Assembly (NCBI GenBank): GCA_041659345.1
Contig: JBAZYI010000001.1
Span: 1-56,856, forward strand
DNA from: Candidatus Nanopelagicaceae bacterium
GTDB lineage: Bacteria > Actinomycetota > Actinomycetes > Nanopelagicales > Nanopelagicaceae
Length of the DNA: 56,856 nt
Direction of reading: 5' to 3'
Shown here: piece by piece, positions 1-10,578 of the stretch
How the letters are laid out: each line of letters starts with the position of its first letter
How positions within the stretch are numbered: position 1 is the first letter of the stretch
Program-made: the position numbers and the translations under genes
The notes under the pieces: model-generated
Told to the model about the DNA's origin: nothing
The model's input: the letters and a program-made list of their open reading frames with translations, nothing else
Databases searched by the model: none

Positions 1-1495
1 CACGCTCACCTGCGCGACGTGGAATCCAAGCAACCTTTGCACCAGTTTTATCAGCAAGAGCAACGACTGCCGAAAGTGCTCCGGTACTTTCGCAGGCACG
101 CTCACCAACGAGAATCAGCGATTTACTGGTGAGCTCTTGGGTCGCGATAGCCGATGCCTCGGCGCCAGGTGCGACGCATACAAAATTCGCGTGCAATTTC
201 TCATTGCCAAGGGAGAGCTTGCTCGCGATCGCGGTAACTTTCAATCCACGCTTGCGGGATTGCTTCTTTAACCGCAAGAAAACAATGGGCGACTCTTCTT
301 CTGGTTCAAAGCCAACCAGAAGGATCGAATCAGCATGGTCGATATCCGCATAGGTAACCGATGACCCAACCACCTTTGAAGCGAGGAAGGATCGTTCCTC
401 TTTCGAGGAAATTCGCGAACGAAAATCTATGTTGTTGGTTTGGAGAACGACTCGAGCAAATTTGCTGTAGCCGTAGGCATCTTCCAACGTTGCACGACCG
501 CCAACGAGTACGCCAGCTTTCTTGCCGCTTAAACCTGCGACGATGGCGGCCATTGCTTCAGGCCAAGAAGCCACCTGAAGATCTCCCGCTTCGTCACGAA
601 TCATCGGCGATGTAAGACGATTGGCGGCTGTTGCGTACTTAAATGCCCACCGACCCTTGTCGCAGTTCCATTCTTCATTTACTTCTGCATCATCTCCAGC
701 AAGTCGGCGCAGAGTCTTTCCGCGGCGAACATCCGTGCGAAGTGAGCAACCAGAGGCGCAGTGCTCGCAGGCGCTTGGCGTCGATACCAAATCAAATGGA
801 CGTGCGCGGAATCGGTAGGAAGCACCGGTAAGAGCACCCACTGGACAGATCTGCACGGTATTACCCGAAAAATAGGACTCAAAGGGCTGCTTCTCGTAGA
901 TACCTACTTGCTGAAGGGCGCCGCGTTCGTTCATCGTAATAAATGGATCCCCCGCTATTTGCTCGGAGAACCGAGTGCAACGGGCGCAGAGAATGCAACG
1001 TTCGCGATCTAACAGCACCTGAGAAGAAATGTTGATTGGCTTTTCAAATGTTCGTTTCTTACCTTCATAACGAGACTCAGCCCGGCCCGTGCTCATCGCC
1101 TGATTTTGAAGCGGACACTCACCGCCCTTGTCGCAGACTGGGCAATCGAGAGGGTGGTTGATGAGCAAAAACTCCATCACACCCTTCTGTGCCTTTTCGG
1201 CAACAGCTGAAGTTAATTGTGTCTTTACGATCATTCCTGGTTCTACTGGAATGGTGCATGACGCCTGTGGCTTTGGAAATGCACGGCCGTTGATTTCAAT
1301 ATCAACCAGACACTGCCGGCATGCCCCGACTGGATCCAAAAGTGGGTGGTCGCAGAAACGAGGAATCATGATTCCGAGTTTCTCGGCTGCGCGAATTACC
1401 AAAGTTCCCTTCGGTACGGTGACATCAAATCCATCTATGACGAGGGTGATCATGTCAACCACTTCAGTTCTTTGTTCAGTGGTTTGAGTCGTCAT
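1..1495 (-). CDS. nuoG: NADH-quinone oxidoreductase subunit G, N-terminal part (3' end lies beyond the window edge)
   Basis: Manual reverse-complement translation from ATG 1493-1495 reads [38 protein letters not shown]..., a NuoG-type 2Fe-2S N-terminus. The same frame is still open at position 1 (...[19 protein letters not shown]). There is a 2-nt gap after the nuoF stop. It is absent from the ORF track only because no stop codon falls inside the window. Confidence 0.9.
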   Translation of the reverse strand, partial: MTTQTTEQRTEVVDMITLVIDGFDVTVPKGTLVIRAAEKLGIMIPRFCDHPLLDPVGACRQCLVDIEINGRAFPKPQASCTIPVEPGMIVKTQLTSAVAEKAQKGVMEFLLINHPLDCPVCDKGGECPLQNQAMSTGRAESRYEGKKRTFEKPINISSQVLLDRERCILCARCTRFSEQIAGDPFITMNERGALQQVGIYEKQPFESYFSGNTVQICPVGALTGASYRFRARPFDLVSTPSACEHCASGCSLRTDVRRGKTLRRLAGDDAEVNEEWNCDKGRWAFKYATAANRLTSPMIRDEAGDLQVASWPEAMAAIVAGLSGKKAGVLVGGRATLEDAYGYSKFARVVLQTNNIDFRSRISSKEERSFLASKVVGSSVTYADIDHADSILLVGFEPEEESPIVFLRLKKQSRKRGLKVTAIASKLSLGNEKLHANFVCVAPGAEASAIATQELTSKSLILVGERACESTGALSAVVALADKTGAKVAWIPRRAGER

Positions 1496-1497
1496 TA

Positions 1498-2805
1498 CTA
1501 TGCACCCGCTTTCGCACTGGCAAAGAGGGTGGAAGCGTGAGAATCAAATGGACAGCCTCCGTGAGTCAAGTGTGCAATGTATTCATCGCGGAAATGCTTG
1601 ATAGAAGAGGTGATCGGGCTAGTTGCGCCATCACCTAAGGCGCAGAACGCGCGACCGAGAATGTTGTCGCAAATATCTAAAAGCTTGTCGAGATCTGCGG
1701 CGGTGCCTTTTCCGTTTTCAAGATCGCGAAGAATCTGCACCAACCACCATGTCCCTTCGCGGCATGGCGTGCACTTGCCGCATGACTCGTGCTTGTAGAA
1801 CTCACTCCATCGAAGTACTGCGCGGACCACGCAAGTTGTCTCATCAAAAATCTGCAACGCCTTCGTTCCAAGCATCGAACCGGCTGCTGCGACACCCTCA
1901 TAATCCAGGGGCGTGTCTAAATGATCGGAGGTGAAGATTGGCGTCGAAGATCCGCCAGGAGTCCAGAATTTAAGTTGGTGTCCGGCGCGAACTCCCCCTG
2001 ACATCTCCAGGAGTTCGCGGAGCGTGATTCCAAGAGGCGCTTCAAACTGTCCGGGGTTGGTTACATGCCCAGAGAGAGAATAAAGAGTCATTCCCTTGCT
2101 TTTCTCTGTTCCCATGGCAGAGAACCACTCGGCGCCATTTGCAATAATCGCCGGAACCGATGAGATGGATTCGACGTTATTTACAACTGTTGGACGCGCA
2201 TAAAGACCAGCGATTGCTGGGAATGGCGGACGAAGTCGTGGTTGACCACGGAATCCTTCGAGAGAATCTAGAAGGGCGGTTTCTTCGCCACAAATGTAAG
2301 CACCAGCCCCAACGTGAAGTACCAATTCCAACTCCACGCCGGTTCCAAAAATATTCTTTCCTAAATGACCGGCCGCGTATGCATCCTCGATTGCCTGCTG
2401 CACCCGGCGAACCACATGCGTTACTTCACCACGGACGTAGATGAAGGCACGCTTCGCGCGGATTGCGTATGAAGCAATAATGATGCCTTCCACAAGTACG
2501 TGTGGATTTGCGAGAAGAAGTGGCATGTCCTTGCACGTACCTGGCTCAGATTCATCTGCGTTTACAACCAAATAGTGGTCCTTGTTATCTCCTTGCGGAA
2601 TGAAGCCCCACTTCATTCCAGTTGGGAAGCCCGCTCCGCCTCTTCCGCGAAGTCCTGAATCTTTGACCAGTTGAATAACCGCGTCCGGTTCCATTGCCAG
2701 AGCCTTTTCGGCGGACTTGTACCCGCCATGGCGCTTGTAGCCGGTCATGGTGAATGAATCTTTCTCATCCCAGTGCGCGGAGAGAACTGGCGTCAACGCT
2801 GTCAT
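1498..2805 (-). CDS. nuoF: NADH-quinone oxidoreductase subunit F
   Basis: 435 aa. Carries the FMN/NADH motif [10 protein letters not shown] and the 4Fe-4S motif [12 protein letters not shown]. 4-nt overlap with nuoE. Confidence 0.97.
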   Translation of the reverse strand: MTALTPVLSAHWDEKDSFTMTGYKRHGGYKSAEKALAMEPDAVIQLVKDSGLRGRGGAGFPTGMKWGFIPQGDNKDHYLVVNADESEPGTCKDMPLLLANPHVLVEGIIIASYAIRAKRAFIYVRGEVTHVVRRVQQAIEDAYAAGHLGKNIFGTGVELELVLHVGAGAYICGEETALLDSLEGFRGQPRLRPPFPAIAGLYARPTVVNNVESISSVPAIIANGAEWFSAMGTEKSKGMTLYSLSGHVTNPGQFEAPLGITLRELLEMSGGVRAGHQLKFWTPGGSSTPIFTSDHLDTPLDYEGVAAAGSMLGTKALQIFDETTCVVRAVLRWSEFYKHESCGKCTPCREGTWWLVQILRDLENGKGTAADLDKLLDICDNILGRAFCALGDGATSPITSSIKHFRDEYIAHLTHGGCPFDSHASTLFASAKAGA

Positions 2806-3434
2806 GCCTGTGCTCCCTTTTTGGAAATTTCAAGTCCTAATAAAGAAGGCGCTCCAGCTTGAACACCCTCATGTGCGCGCCCATCATTCAAACCAGCAAG
2901 CACTGCCGAATTCTCTTTCCATGTTGGCAGTTTGTTGGGCCCACGAGTCGGTGCTGGCGGGTTTCCTGCGCGAGCGCCATCAACCAGATCTTTGGCAGAT
3001 TGAACGCTCTGGTTGTCGTAGAACTCCCAGTTGGCCATGACCACGGGTGCGTAATCGCAAGCGGCGTTACATTCAATATGTTCGAGTGAGACTTTTCCAT
3101 CGGCGGTCACACCGTCATTTTCGATGCCCAGATGCTCTTTAAGACCTTCAAATATTGCATCTCCGCCCATGACTGCGCAGAGTGTGTTGGTGCAGACACC
3201 AACGTGATACTCACCCACAGGCTTACGCTTGTACTGAGTGTAAAAGGTTGCAACTGCCGAAACTTCGGCTGTTGTTAGATCAAGTTTGCCGGCAATTGTC
3301 TCGATTCCTTCACTTGTCACGTATCCATCTATCGATTGGACGTAATGCAGCAAAGGCATGATCGCCGACCGGGTTCGTGGATATCGACTGATAATTGAGT
3401 CCATGACTACGAGGTTTTCGCTGTTAAATGCCAT
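2802..3434 (-). CDS. nuoE: NADH-quinone oxidoreductase subunit E
   Basis: 210 aa. Has 2Fe-2S cysteine clusters (VCTNTLCAVMGG, ECNAACDYAP). Lies between nuoD and nuoF. Confidence 0.95.
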   Translation of the reverse strand: MAFNSENLVVMDSIISRYPRTRSAIMPLLHYVQSIDGYVTSEGIETIAGKLDLTTAEVSAVATFYTQYKRKPVGEYHVGVCTNTLCAVMGGDAIFEGLKEHLGIENDGVTADGKVSLEHIECNAACDYAPVVMANWEFYDNQSVQSAKDLVDGARAGNPPAPTRGPNKLPTWKENSAVLAGLNDGRAHEGVQAGAPSLLGLEISKKGAQA

Positions 3435-4786
3435 TAGCGATCAACACCGCCCATCACGGGATCGATAGAAGCGACAGCGGCTACGACATCTGCAATCAAG
3501 CTTCCTTCGCACATCGCTGATGTTGCCTGAAGATTGTTGAATGATGGTTCACGGAAATGAACTCGATAAGGGCGAGTTCCGCCATCAGAAACTAAATGCA
3601 CGCCAAGTTCTCCTCGCGGTGATTCGACTGCGGTGTATACCTGACCCGCCGGAACACGGAACCCTTCGGTCACCAATTTGAAATGGTGAATAAGGGATTC
3701 CATGGACGTGCCCATGATCTCGCGGATATGGTCAAGTGAATTACCCAATCCGTCCCCACCAAGGGCCAATTGAGATGGCCAAGCAATTTTCTTATCTGCA
3801 ACCATGACAGGGGCACCAACAAGCGCCTCCAACTTATCGACACACTGTTCGATAATTCGAAGGGACTGCTCCAACTCATTCATCCGAATTAAGAAGCGGC
3901 CGTAAACATCGCATGTATTCGCCGTCACTACATCGAAGTCATAATTTTCGTAGCCAGAGTACGGTTGCATCTTGCGAAGGTCCCATGGCATGCCTGTGGA
4001 GCGAAGAACCGGTCCCGTGATACCCAGAGTTGTTGCGCCTGCGAGGTCAAGATAGCCGACTCCTTCGGTGCGCTTCATCCAAATTGTGTTGCCGATCAGA
4101 AGCTTGTCATTGTCTTTGAAATCGCGACGCAGTTCCTTGACCGTCTCGCGAACTTTCGTGAGCGCGTTGGGCGGAAGGTCCTGTGCCACCCCACCCGGGC
4201 GCACGTAGGCCATATTCATGCGAAGGCCAGCGATCAATTCAAAAACATCAAGTACTTTCTCGCGCTCTCTAAAACAGAAGATCATTGGTGACAATGCGCC
4301 GAGTTCAAGCGCTCCAGTTCCGAGGGCCACCATGTGAGAGGAAATTCGATTGAGCTCCATCATCATGACACGAATGACACTTGCGCGTTCTGGCACATCC
4401 TCTGTAATTCCAAGGAGTTTTTCAACTCCCAAGCAGTATGCAGTCTCATTAAAGAGCGGTGCTAGATAGTCCATGCGAGTAACGAAAGTGACGCCCTGCG
4501 TCCAGCTGCGATATTCAGCGTTCTTCTCTATACCAGTGTGGAGGTAGCCGACTCCGGCACGGAGTTCGGTAATTGTTTCACCTTCAAGTTCGAGGATAAG
4601 TCGAAGAACTCCGTGAGTTGACGGGTGCTGTGGTCCCATGTTGACCACGACGCGTTCTTCCTTTGTTGCTCCGATTTCAGTGACGAGCGAATCCCAATCA
4701 CCGCCAGTGACAGAGAAGACGCGGCCTTCAGTAGTCTCGAGTGAGGATGCGTATGGATCCACGATAGAACCTGAAGCAGTACTCAT
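3434..4786 (-). CDS. nuoD: NADH-quinone oxidoreductase subunit D
   Basis: 450 aa with 49-kDa subunit features ([14 protein letters not shown]-terminal [10 protein letters not shown]). ATGA overlap with the nuoC stop. Confidence 0.97.
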   Translation of the reverse strand: MSTASGSIVDPYASSLETTEGRVFSVTGGDWDSLVTEIGATKEERVVVNMGPQHPSTHGVLRLILELEGETITELRAGVGYLHTGIEKNAEYRSWTQGVTFVTRMDYLAPLFNETAYCLGVEKLLGITEDVPERASVIRVMMMELNRISSHMVALGTGALELGALSPMIFCFREREKVLDVFELIAGLRMNMAYVRPGGVAQDLPPNALTKVRETVKELRRDFKDNDKLLIGNTIWMKRTEGVGYLDLAGATTLGITGPVLRSTGMPWDLRKMQPYSGYENYDFDVVTANTCDVYGRFLIRMNELEQSLRIIEQCVDKLEALVGAPVMVADKKIAWPSQLALGGDGLGNSLDHIREIMGTSMESLIHHFKLVTEGFRVPAGQVYTAVESPRGELGVHLVSDGGTRPYRVHFREPSFNNLQATSAMCEGSLIADVVAAVASIDPVMGGVDR

Positions 4787-5433
4787 CGATATGACCTTCG
4801 CTCATTCGGAGGTGGGATAGTCGCACCTTTGTACTCCACGGGAATTCCACCCAACGGATAATCCTTACGTTGCGGGTGTCCACGCCAATCATCTGGCATC
4901 AAGATACGAGTTAAGCCTGGATGACCATCGAAAATAATCCCGAACATGTCAAAAGTCTCGCGCTCGTTCCAGTTATTGCCGCCCCAAACTTCCACTAATG
5001 ATGGAATGTGTGGATCGGACTCAGATACGGATACTTCGAGTCGAATACGGCGATTGTGTGTCATGGAAAGAAGTGGGTACACAGCATGAAGTTCGCGATT
5101 GGTCTGCGTCGGGTAGTGAACTCCACTGACTCCGAGACACATTTCAAAAAGTAGTTTGTTGCGCAGAATGAGAGCAACCTCTACCAATTTCTCGCGCTTT
5201 ATATGCAGAGTAAGTTCACCGCGATAGACGACAACCTGCTCGATCGCATCTGCAAAATCTGGATACGCACGCTCTAAATCGTCAACGACGTCATCAAAAT
5301 AAGAGCCGTAAGGTCGCTCGCTTGAACCCCACGATGCGGAGGCGCGTACCAAACCACCGTAACCTGAAGTATCACCAGTGTCTCCGGAGCCAAATGCCCC
5401 ATGGCCTACAGACAGATTCTTCTCTTTTTTCAC
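4783..5433 (-). CDS. nuoC: NADH-quinone oxidoreductase subunit C
   Basis: 216 aa with the 30-kDa subunit core ([23 protein letters not shown]). GTG start at 5431-5433 overlaps the nuoB stop (GTGA). Confidence 0.95.
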   Translation of the reverse strand: MKKEKNLSVGHGAFGSGDTGDTSGYGGLVRASASWGSSERPYGSYFDDVVDDLERAYPDFADAIEQVVVYRGELTLHIKREKLVEVALILRNKLLFEMCLGVSGVHYPTQTNRELHAVYPLLSMTHNRRIRLEVSVSESDPHIPSLVEVWGGNNWNERETFDMFGIIFDGHPGLTRILMPDDWRGHPQRKDYPLGGIPVEYKGATIPPPNERRSYR

Positions 5434-5984
5434 GCAAGCAAGCCCTTCAATTGATGAGTCGGCTTGGCAGCCATCGCTGCTGCTTCAACTTCTTGAATGA
5501 TCTGCTGGCGATTTGAACCAAGCTTCTCATCAGAGATTTGCGCATGGAGTTTCAAAATCGCATCCATCAACATCTCTGGACGGGGCGGACAACCTGGAAG
5601 ATAAATATCTACAGGAACAATATGGTCGACACCTTGAACAATGGCGTAGTTATTGAACATTCCACCAGAAGAAGCACATGCCCCCATCGCGATAACCCAT
5701 TTTGGCGCAGCCATTTGATCATAAATCTGACGAAGAACAGGCGCCATCTTGTTGGAAACTCGGCCCGCAACAATCATGAGATCAGCCTGGCGTGGGGATG
5801 CTCTGAAAACTTCCATTCCAAAACGTGCGAGGTCGTATCGTCCACCGCCAGCGGCCATCATCTCGATCGCACAACATGCAAGTCCAAAAGTTGCCGGCCA
5901 GAGTGAGTTCTTGCGCATGTAACCGGCTAGTTTTTCAACGCTAGTTAAGAGAACTCCACTTGGCAATTTTTCTTCAAGACCCAT
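5430..5984 (-). CDS. nuoB: NADH-quinone oxidoreductase subunit B
   Basis: Start reset to ATG 5982-5984 ([10 protein letters not shown]..., the N-terminus I recall for mycobacterial NuoB), 2 nt after the nuoA stop. The track ORF runs to 6017, inside nuoA. Fe-S motifs [14 protein letters not shown] and LPGCPP are present. Confidence 0.95.
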   Translation of the reverse strand: MGLEEKLPSGVLLTSVEKLAGYMRKNSLWPATFGLACCAIEMMAAGGGRYDLARFGMEVFRASPRQADLMIVAGRVSNKMAPVLRQIYDQMAAPKWVIAMGACASSGGMFNNYAIVQGVDHIVPVDIYLPGCPPRPEMLMDAILKLHAQISDEKLGSNRQQIIQEVEAAAMAAKPTHQLKGLLA

Positions 5985-5986
5985 TA

Positions 5987-6358
5987 TTAATCCCACTCCA
6001 GTCCGCCGCGGCGCCAAACGTAGGCGTATGCAACAAATACGGTGGCGACGAAGATTCCCATCTCAACTAATCCAAAAAGCCCCAACTTGTCGAAAGTAAC
6101 GGCCCAAGGATAGAGAAAAACAATTTCAATATCGAAAATAATAAAAAGCATTGCGGTCAAGAAGTACTTAACGGGAAAGCGTCCGCCTTCAGCTGCTTGC
6201 GGACTTGGTTCGATTCCGCATTCATACGCTGCTGATTTCGCACGGTTGTAACGCTTGGGGCCAGTGATGGATGTGACGATCACCGAGATTGCTGCAAAGC
6301 CAAAACCAATTGCTCCAATGACGAAGATTGGAATATATGGATTCGATGCAGTTGTCAT
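5987..6358 (-). CDS. nuoA: NADH-quinone oxidoreductase subunit A
   Basis: 123 aa with three hydrophobic helices and the conserved YECGIEP / [12 protein letters not shown] segments. First gene of the nuoA-G string. Confidence 0.95.
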   Translation of the reverse strand: MTTASNPYIPIFVIGAIGFGFAAISVIVTSITGPKRYNRAKSAAYECGIEPSPQAAEGGRFPVKYFLTAMLFIIFDIEIVFLYPWAVTFDKLGLFGLVEMGIFVATVFVAYAYVWRRGGLEWD

Positions 6359-6398
6359 AATGAATGAAATCCTAGGCGCGTCAGCGCCATACCTCTAA

Positions 6399-7094
6399 TC
6401 ACTTTGCCTTCACTGCCCTGTGAACTGCGACAACTCCGCCGGTGAGATTGGTCCATCCGACCTTTCCCCAGCCCGCATTCTCAATTCTGTGCGCCAGTGC
6501 ACCCTGATCTGGCCAGGCTCTAATGGATTGAGCGAGGTAGGTATAGGCCTGCGGATTGCTTGAGGTCATTCGGGCGATAAAGGGCAGCGCCCGCATTAAA
6601 TAATTGCGGTAGACGTACCTAAAGGGTCGCCAGACTGGGGAAGAAAATTCAACGACCACAAGCCGACCACCCGGTTTGGTGACTCTGAGCATCTCCCGCA
6701 GGGCTTTATCAATATCTGCCGTATTTCGAAGGCCGAAGGAGATGGTGACGAGATCGAAATCTCCATCCTCAAAGGGCAGATTCAGAGCATCGGCCTTGGT
6801 AAAAGGCAGGTCGGGGCGGGCTTTTCGCCCTGCCGCCAACATTCCCTCAGAAAAATCTGCCGGAATAACGTCGGCCCCGGCCCCGGCTAAGGGCTCGCTG
6901 GAAGACCCCGTCCCAGCAGCCAAATCTAGGATCCTCATCCCTGGCTTTGGGTCAATGATGGCCGTGGCTGCCTTCCGCCACGCCTTAGTCCGTCCCAGAC
7001 TCAAGAGATCATTGACCAGGTCGTATCGCTTGGCCACGCCGTCAAACATTGCCGCGACCTCATCTGGGTCCTTATCAAGATTGGCGCGGGACAT
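6399..7094 (-). CDS. menG: Demethylmenaquinone methyltransferase (UbiE/MenG family)
   Basis: Start reset to ATG 7092-7094 ([26 protein letters not shown], matching the N-terminus I recall for mycobacterial MenG). The track ORF begins at a TTG at 7130 with no SD. SAM motif ILDLAAGTG is present. Confidence 0.9.
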   Translation of the reverse strand: MSRANLDKDPDEVAAMFDGVAKRYDLVNDLLSLGRTKAWRKAATAIIDPKPGMRILDLAAGTGSSSEPLAGAGADVIPADFSEGMLAAGRKARPDLPFTKADALNLPFEDGDFDLVTISFGLRNTADIDKALREMLRVTKPGGRLVVVEFSSPVWRPFRYVYRNYLMRALPFIARMTSSNPQAYTYLAQSIRAWPDQGALAHRIENAGWGKVGWTNLTGGVVAVHRAVKAK

Positions 7095-7142
7095 GTACTT
7101 ATTCTCGTGCAGAGTAGGCTTCGCCCACAAATCAAAACATTT

Positions 7143-7172
7143 GTCACAGGCATTACCAGAGCTATCTGTGAC
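7143..7172. promoter_or_regulatory. Candidate operator: perfect 7-bp inverted repeat GTCACAG-N16-CTGTGAC upstream of bioY
   Basis: Read directly: left arm 7143-7149, right arm 7166-7172. The arms overlap a possible -35 (TTGTCA, 7141-7146) and a possible -10 (TATCTG, 7163-7168). SD AAGGAG follows at about 7179-7184. Confidence 0.35.
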
Positions 7173-7186
7173 CGACGTAAGGAGCC

Positions 7187-7762
7187 GTGATGTCTACGAC
7201 CACCACTTTGCGAAGTGCGGTATTTCCTCGCTCAAGCGCCCTCAATAACGTACTCCTAGTAGCCGGCGGCACGCTTTTCCTCGCCCTCTTGGCTCAGATT
7301 GCGCTCCCTATCCCTGGCTCTCCTGTACCAGTTACTGGGCAAACACTTGGAGTACTCCTCATCGGAAGTAGCTATGGCTCGGTCCTAGGGCTCTCCACCA
7401 TGCTCACTTATTTGCTCGTTGGACTAGCTGGCGCACCCGTTTTCGCCGATGGTGGACATGGTGTTGCGAGGCTCACCGGTGCCACGGGTGGGTATCTCAT
7501 TGGAATGCTCGTCGCCTCACTTGTCGTTGGAGCTCTGGCCGGTCGTCGTTGGGATCAACGATTGAGCACTGCGCTACCCAGCATGCTGCTGGGCAACGCG
7601 ATCATCTTCTCCATTGGCCTTATCTGGCTCCATTCCGTCATGGATAAGAGCTGGGGATGGACTATTTCTGCTGGATTTACACCCTTTATCCTCGGAGAGG
7701 TAATTAAAATCGCGATCGCGGGTACTTCGCTGCCTCTCGTCTGGCGATTCGTCCAGAGATAA
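7187..7762 (+). CDS. bioY: BioY family biotin transporter S component
   Basis: 191 aa polytopic membrane protein with BioY-like segments ([25 protein letters not shown]). GTG at 7187 or ATG at 7190, preceded by AAGGAG. Confidence 0.85.
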   Translation: MMSTTTTLRSAVFPRSSALNNVLLVAGGTLFLALLAQIALPIPGSPVPVTGQTLGVLLIGSSYGSVLGLSTMLTYLLVGLAGAPVFADGGHGVARLTGATGGYLIGMLVASLVVGALAGRRWDQRLSTALPSMLLGNAIIFSIGLIWLHSVMDKSWGWTISAGFTPFILGEVIKIAIAGTSLPLVWRFVQR

Positions 7763-8995
7763 TTGCCGATGCCCCACCTGACACCTGTCACCACCGCGCG
7801 CCTCGGCGAGCACCTTCCACTCCTCGAACTCCTCCCGGACGCAGATCCCCTCACGTGGGTGCGGCGCGGAGAGGGGCTAGTCGGCTGGGGTGTTCATGCC
7901 AGTACCACCGTGAGTGGCCCAGAAAGGTTTCACCAGGCACGGCAGTGGTGGCATCAGGAACTCGAGAAATTGGCCGTCACGGACTCGGTCCACTTATCCG
8001 GCACTGGCCCCATCCTCTTCACTTCTTTCTCCTTCTCACCAGATGAAGAGTCCGTCCTCACAATCCCGAAAGTTGTTGTTGGTATGCGGGCAGGGCAGTC
8101 ATGGATCACCTGGATTGGAGACGGTCCTCAGCCTGAACTTCTCGAGATGGCCGATTCTGCAGTTCCAGGAAATTATTCGTGGCGAAACGGCACGATCACC
8201 GTGGATGAATGGCAAGGCCAAGTCGCGAAAGCGATCGAGTCAATTCAATCAAAAACAATCGAAAAAGTCGTGCTTGCACGCGACTTAAATGGATCCACAA
8301 CAGATCAGATCGATCCGCGCTCCATTTTGCGAAACTTGGCAGCGGAATATCCCGCTACGTGGTGCTTCTCAATCGCAGGACTAGTCGGCGCAACACCAGA
8401 ACTCTTACTGCGCCTTAACCGTGCCATGGTCACGTCAAGAGTGTTAGCAGGGACGATCAGTCGAACTGGTGATGATGAAAAGGACTTGGCGCTCGCCGCA
8501 TCTCTTGCGAGATCTTCCAAAGATCTCGACGAACATATGTACGCAGTTCGCTCCGTGGCAGAATCTTTAGCGCCGTTCTGCACATCAACAAACGTTCCAG
8601 ACTCTCCCTTTGTTCTTCACCTTGCCAATGTCATGCATTTAGCAACTGATGTAACTGGAGCAATTTCTGAGTTCCCTCAACATGTGGACACATTTTCGAT
8701 ACTGGAAAAACTCCACCCCTCTGCTGCGGTTTGTGGAACCCCCACGGAAACGGCAACGAAGGCAATTGCCGAGTTAGAGGGTATGCCACGAGGTCGTTAT
8801 GCCGGACCTGTTGGTTGGATCGATGCCCGAGGTGATGGCGAGTTGGGTATCGCGCTTCGCTGCGGCCAGATATCGCAAAACGAGATCAGACTATTTGCAG
8901 GATGTGGAATCGTCGCTGGATCAGATCCTCAACGTGAACTTGCGGAGAGCCAGGCAAAGTTTGCACCAATGATGAGTGCATTGGGAAACTACTAA
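7763..8995 (+). CDS. menF: Isochorismate synthase
   Basis: 410 aa with a chorismate-binding C-terminal region (GTPTETA..., RGRYAGPVGWIDARGDGE, AGCGIVAGSDP). Sits in the men cluster. Start is TTG 7763 or ATG 7769. Confidence 0.85.
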   Translation: MPMPHLTPVTTARLGEHLPLLELLPDADPLTWVRRGEGLVGWGVHASTTVSGPERFHQARQWWHQELEKLAVTDSVHLSGTGPILFTSFSFSPDEESVLTIPKVVVGMRAGQSWITWIGDGPQPELLEMADSAVPGNYSWRNGTITVDEWQGQVAKAIESIQSKTIEKVVLARDLNGSTTDQIDPRSILRNLAAEYPATWCFSIAGLVGATPELLLRLNRAMVTSRVLAGTISRTGDDEKDLALAASLARSSKDLDEHMYAVRSVAESLAPFCTSTNVPDSPFVLHLANVMHLATDVTGAISEFPQHVDTFSILEKLHPSAAVCGTPTETATKAIAELEGMPRGRYAGPVGWIDARGDGELGIALRCGQISQNEIRLFAGCGIVAGSDPQRELAESQAKFAPMMSALGNY

Positions 8996-10578
8996 AGCGA
9001 ATTTATTTCTGTAATTAATTCTCGTAAAGTACGAGCATTCTCATCACGACTCGGAACATTTGCAATAACTACAGATATGCCAATGATCGGGCGTAATAGA
9101 GTTTCGTTTAACTGATCGATACTTGTAACAGTGGTCGTATCTAGGCCAAAAGAGGCGGCAATCGCTGCTAAATCAAGCCCGTGTGGGGTTCCAAATATCT
9201 CGTCAAATCCTGGGACACCATTTTGAGGAAGCGTAGAGAAGATTCCGCCGCCGTCATTGTTCACTATGACAAGGCGCATGTTTGTACGCGCCTGACCCAT
9301 TGGACCCACCAATCCCGTGATGTCATGCAGAAAGGAGAGATCTCCCAGTAGCGCAACCGTGGATTCACGCTGACTGGCTATGCCGAGAGCCGTGGAAATA
9401 TTTCCATCTATTCCAGCAAGTCCACGATTGGCGAAAGTTTCAACACCGGTTCGCGGAGAGGCAAAGCCCTCGAGATCCCTAATAGGTCGCGATGATGAAA
9501 CGAAGAGAGTGGTGCCCGGCACTAATTTTGCACCAATGGTCTTCGCAATGTTCTGTTCTGACCACTCCGGCAATATTAGAAGTAGCGCTTCGATTTTCTC
9601 GCCATAGGAACTCCACATCGTTTCCCACGTCGAATCCCGCTCAAATCTCTTCTCGACCTTTGGCAAGGAGAAAAAAACTTGCGTCGCATTTCGTTTTACG
9701 TCAATTCTCTCAGCTCTCGGATCGACTACAAACTCCTGACCCGCTGATTTCACAAGCGCATTGATTGATCGTGAAAGCGTCGTTCGACCAACAACAATTG
9801 CAATTTCGGGACGCAAGAGTTCTCTAATCCCTGGCGATGCTAAGAAGAGTGAGACGTGAGGGATCGCACTCGAGAATGAGAGAGGATCTTCAACAATAAG
9901 TGGCCAGCCAATACTGCGAGCGAACTGCTCAATTTCCTCAACACCTAGTCCAGCTCGGTCATGACCCACAACAATCACTCCACGCGAATGCGAAAGCTTC
10001 AAAACTTCGGATTTAGTTAGCTCCCCCTTTATCCAATCTCCTGGCTCCGCTCCCGCTAACCAATCGCTTTCATCATCGGGCAATAAGGGTTCGTCCAATT
10101 GAACGTTGAGGTGAACGGGACCATGATGCAAATTGGAAATCACTTCAACCAATTGCGAATGAGAATCTGCAATGTCGGCCGAGAACGAGACCGCAGTACC
10201 GAAAATTCCCGCTTGGAGCGTCGTCTGATTGGCACCAGTCTGCCGAAGATAAGCCGGGCGGTCAGCTGATATGACGAGCAGTGGGATTTGAGAGTGATGC
10301 GCTTCTAAGACTGCCGGATGGTAGTTGGCCACTGCTGTTCCACTTGTGCACAGAATCGCAACGGGGCGTTTTGATGCTTTTGCAATTCCAAGGGCTAGAA
10401 AACCAGCCGTTCGTTCGTCAATTCGTATGTGTAAATTGAGTAGGCCGCTTTGCTGGGCCGAGAAGAGAGCGATCGAGATAGGAGCGTTGCGTGATCCAGG
10501 TGAGAGAACCACGTCGGTGATTCCAGCTTCAATGATCTGACGCACTATTCCCCGAGCGAGTTGCGTCGATGCATTCAC
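8992..10578 (-). CDS. menD: 2-succinyl-5-enolpyruvyl-6-hydroxy-3-cyclohexene-1-carboxylate (SEPHCHC) synthase
   Basis: ThDP motifs GDLSFLHD and NNDGGGIF are present. Start reset to GTG 10576-10578 (VNASTQLARGIV...LSPGSRNAP), which forms a GTGA overlap with the menC stop. The track ORF extends to ATG 10626, inside menC. Confidence 0.92.
   Translation of the reverse strand: MNASTQLARGIVRQIIEAGITDVVLSPGSRNAPISIALFSAQQSGLLNLHIRIDERTAGFLALGIAKASKRPVAILCTSGTAVANYHPAVLEAHHSQIPLLVISADRPAYLRQTGANQTTLQAGIFGTAVSFSADIADSHSQLVEVISNLHHGPVHLNVQLDEPLLPDDESDWLAGAEPGDWIKGELTKSEVLKLSHSRGVIVVGHDRAGLGVEEIEQFARSIGWPLIVEDPLSFSSAIPHVSLFLASPGIRELLRPEIAIVVGRTTLSRSINALVKSAGQEFVVDPRAERIDVKRNATQVFFSLPKVEKRFERDSTWETMWSSYGEKIEALLLILPEWSEQNIAKTIGAKLVPGTTLFVSSSRPIRDLEGFASPRTGVETFANRGLAGIDGNISTALGIASQRESTVALLGDLSFLHDITGLVGPMGQARTNMRLVIVNNDGGGIFSTLPQNGVPGFDEIFGTPHGLDLAAIAASFGLDTTTVTSIDQLNETLLRPIIGISVVIANVPSRDENARTLRELITEINSL

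Noticed and set aside
5985-6017. Over-extended N-termini in the ORF track. Examples: nuoB to 6017, menG to 7130, menD to 10626, XPB from 23156, hydrolase to 34176, ABC ATPases to 37876/38787, murQ to 43384, nadC to 50398, folB to 53712.
   Set aside because: In each case the extension runs into the preceding gene. A downstream start gives a conserved N-terminus plus a 4-nt stop-start overlap or a good SD.
6359-6398. Small GGCGC-GTCA-GCGCC hairpin between menG and nuoA, as a possible terminator
   Set aside because: The stem is only 5 bp with a weak U-tract. The 40-nt spacer leaves no room for a separate nuo promoter, so read-through or co-transcription is more likely.
6676-7248. 190-aa plus-strand ORF antisense to menG
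   Set aside because: It lies entirely within or opposite a well-supported methyltransferase gene. Its composition is Arg/Ser/Pro/Ala-rich and low in complexity, as is typical of shadow ORFs, and it has no motif or SD.
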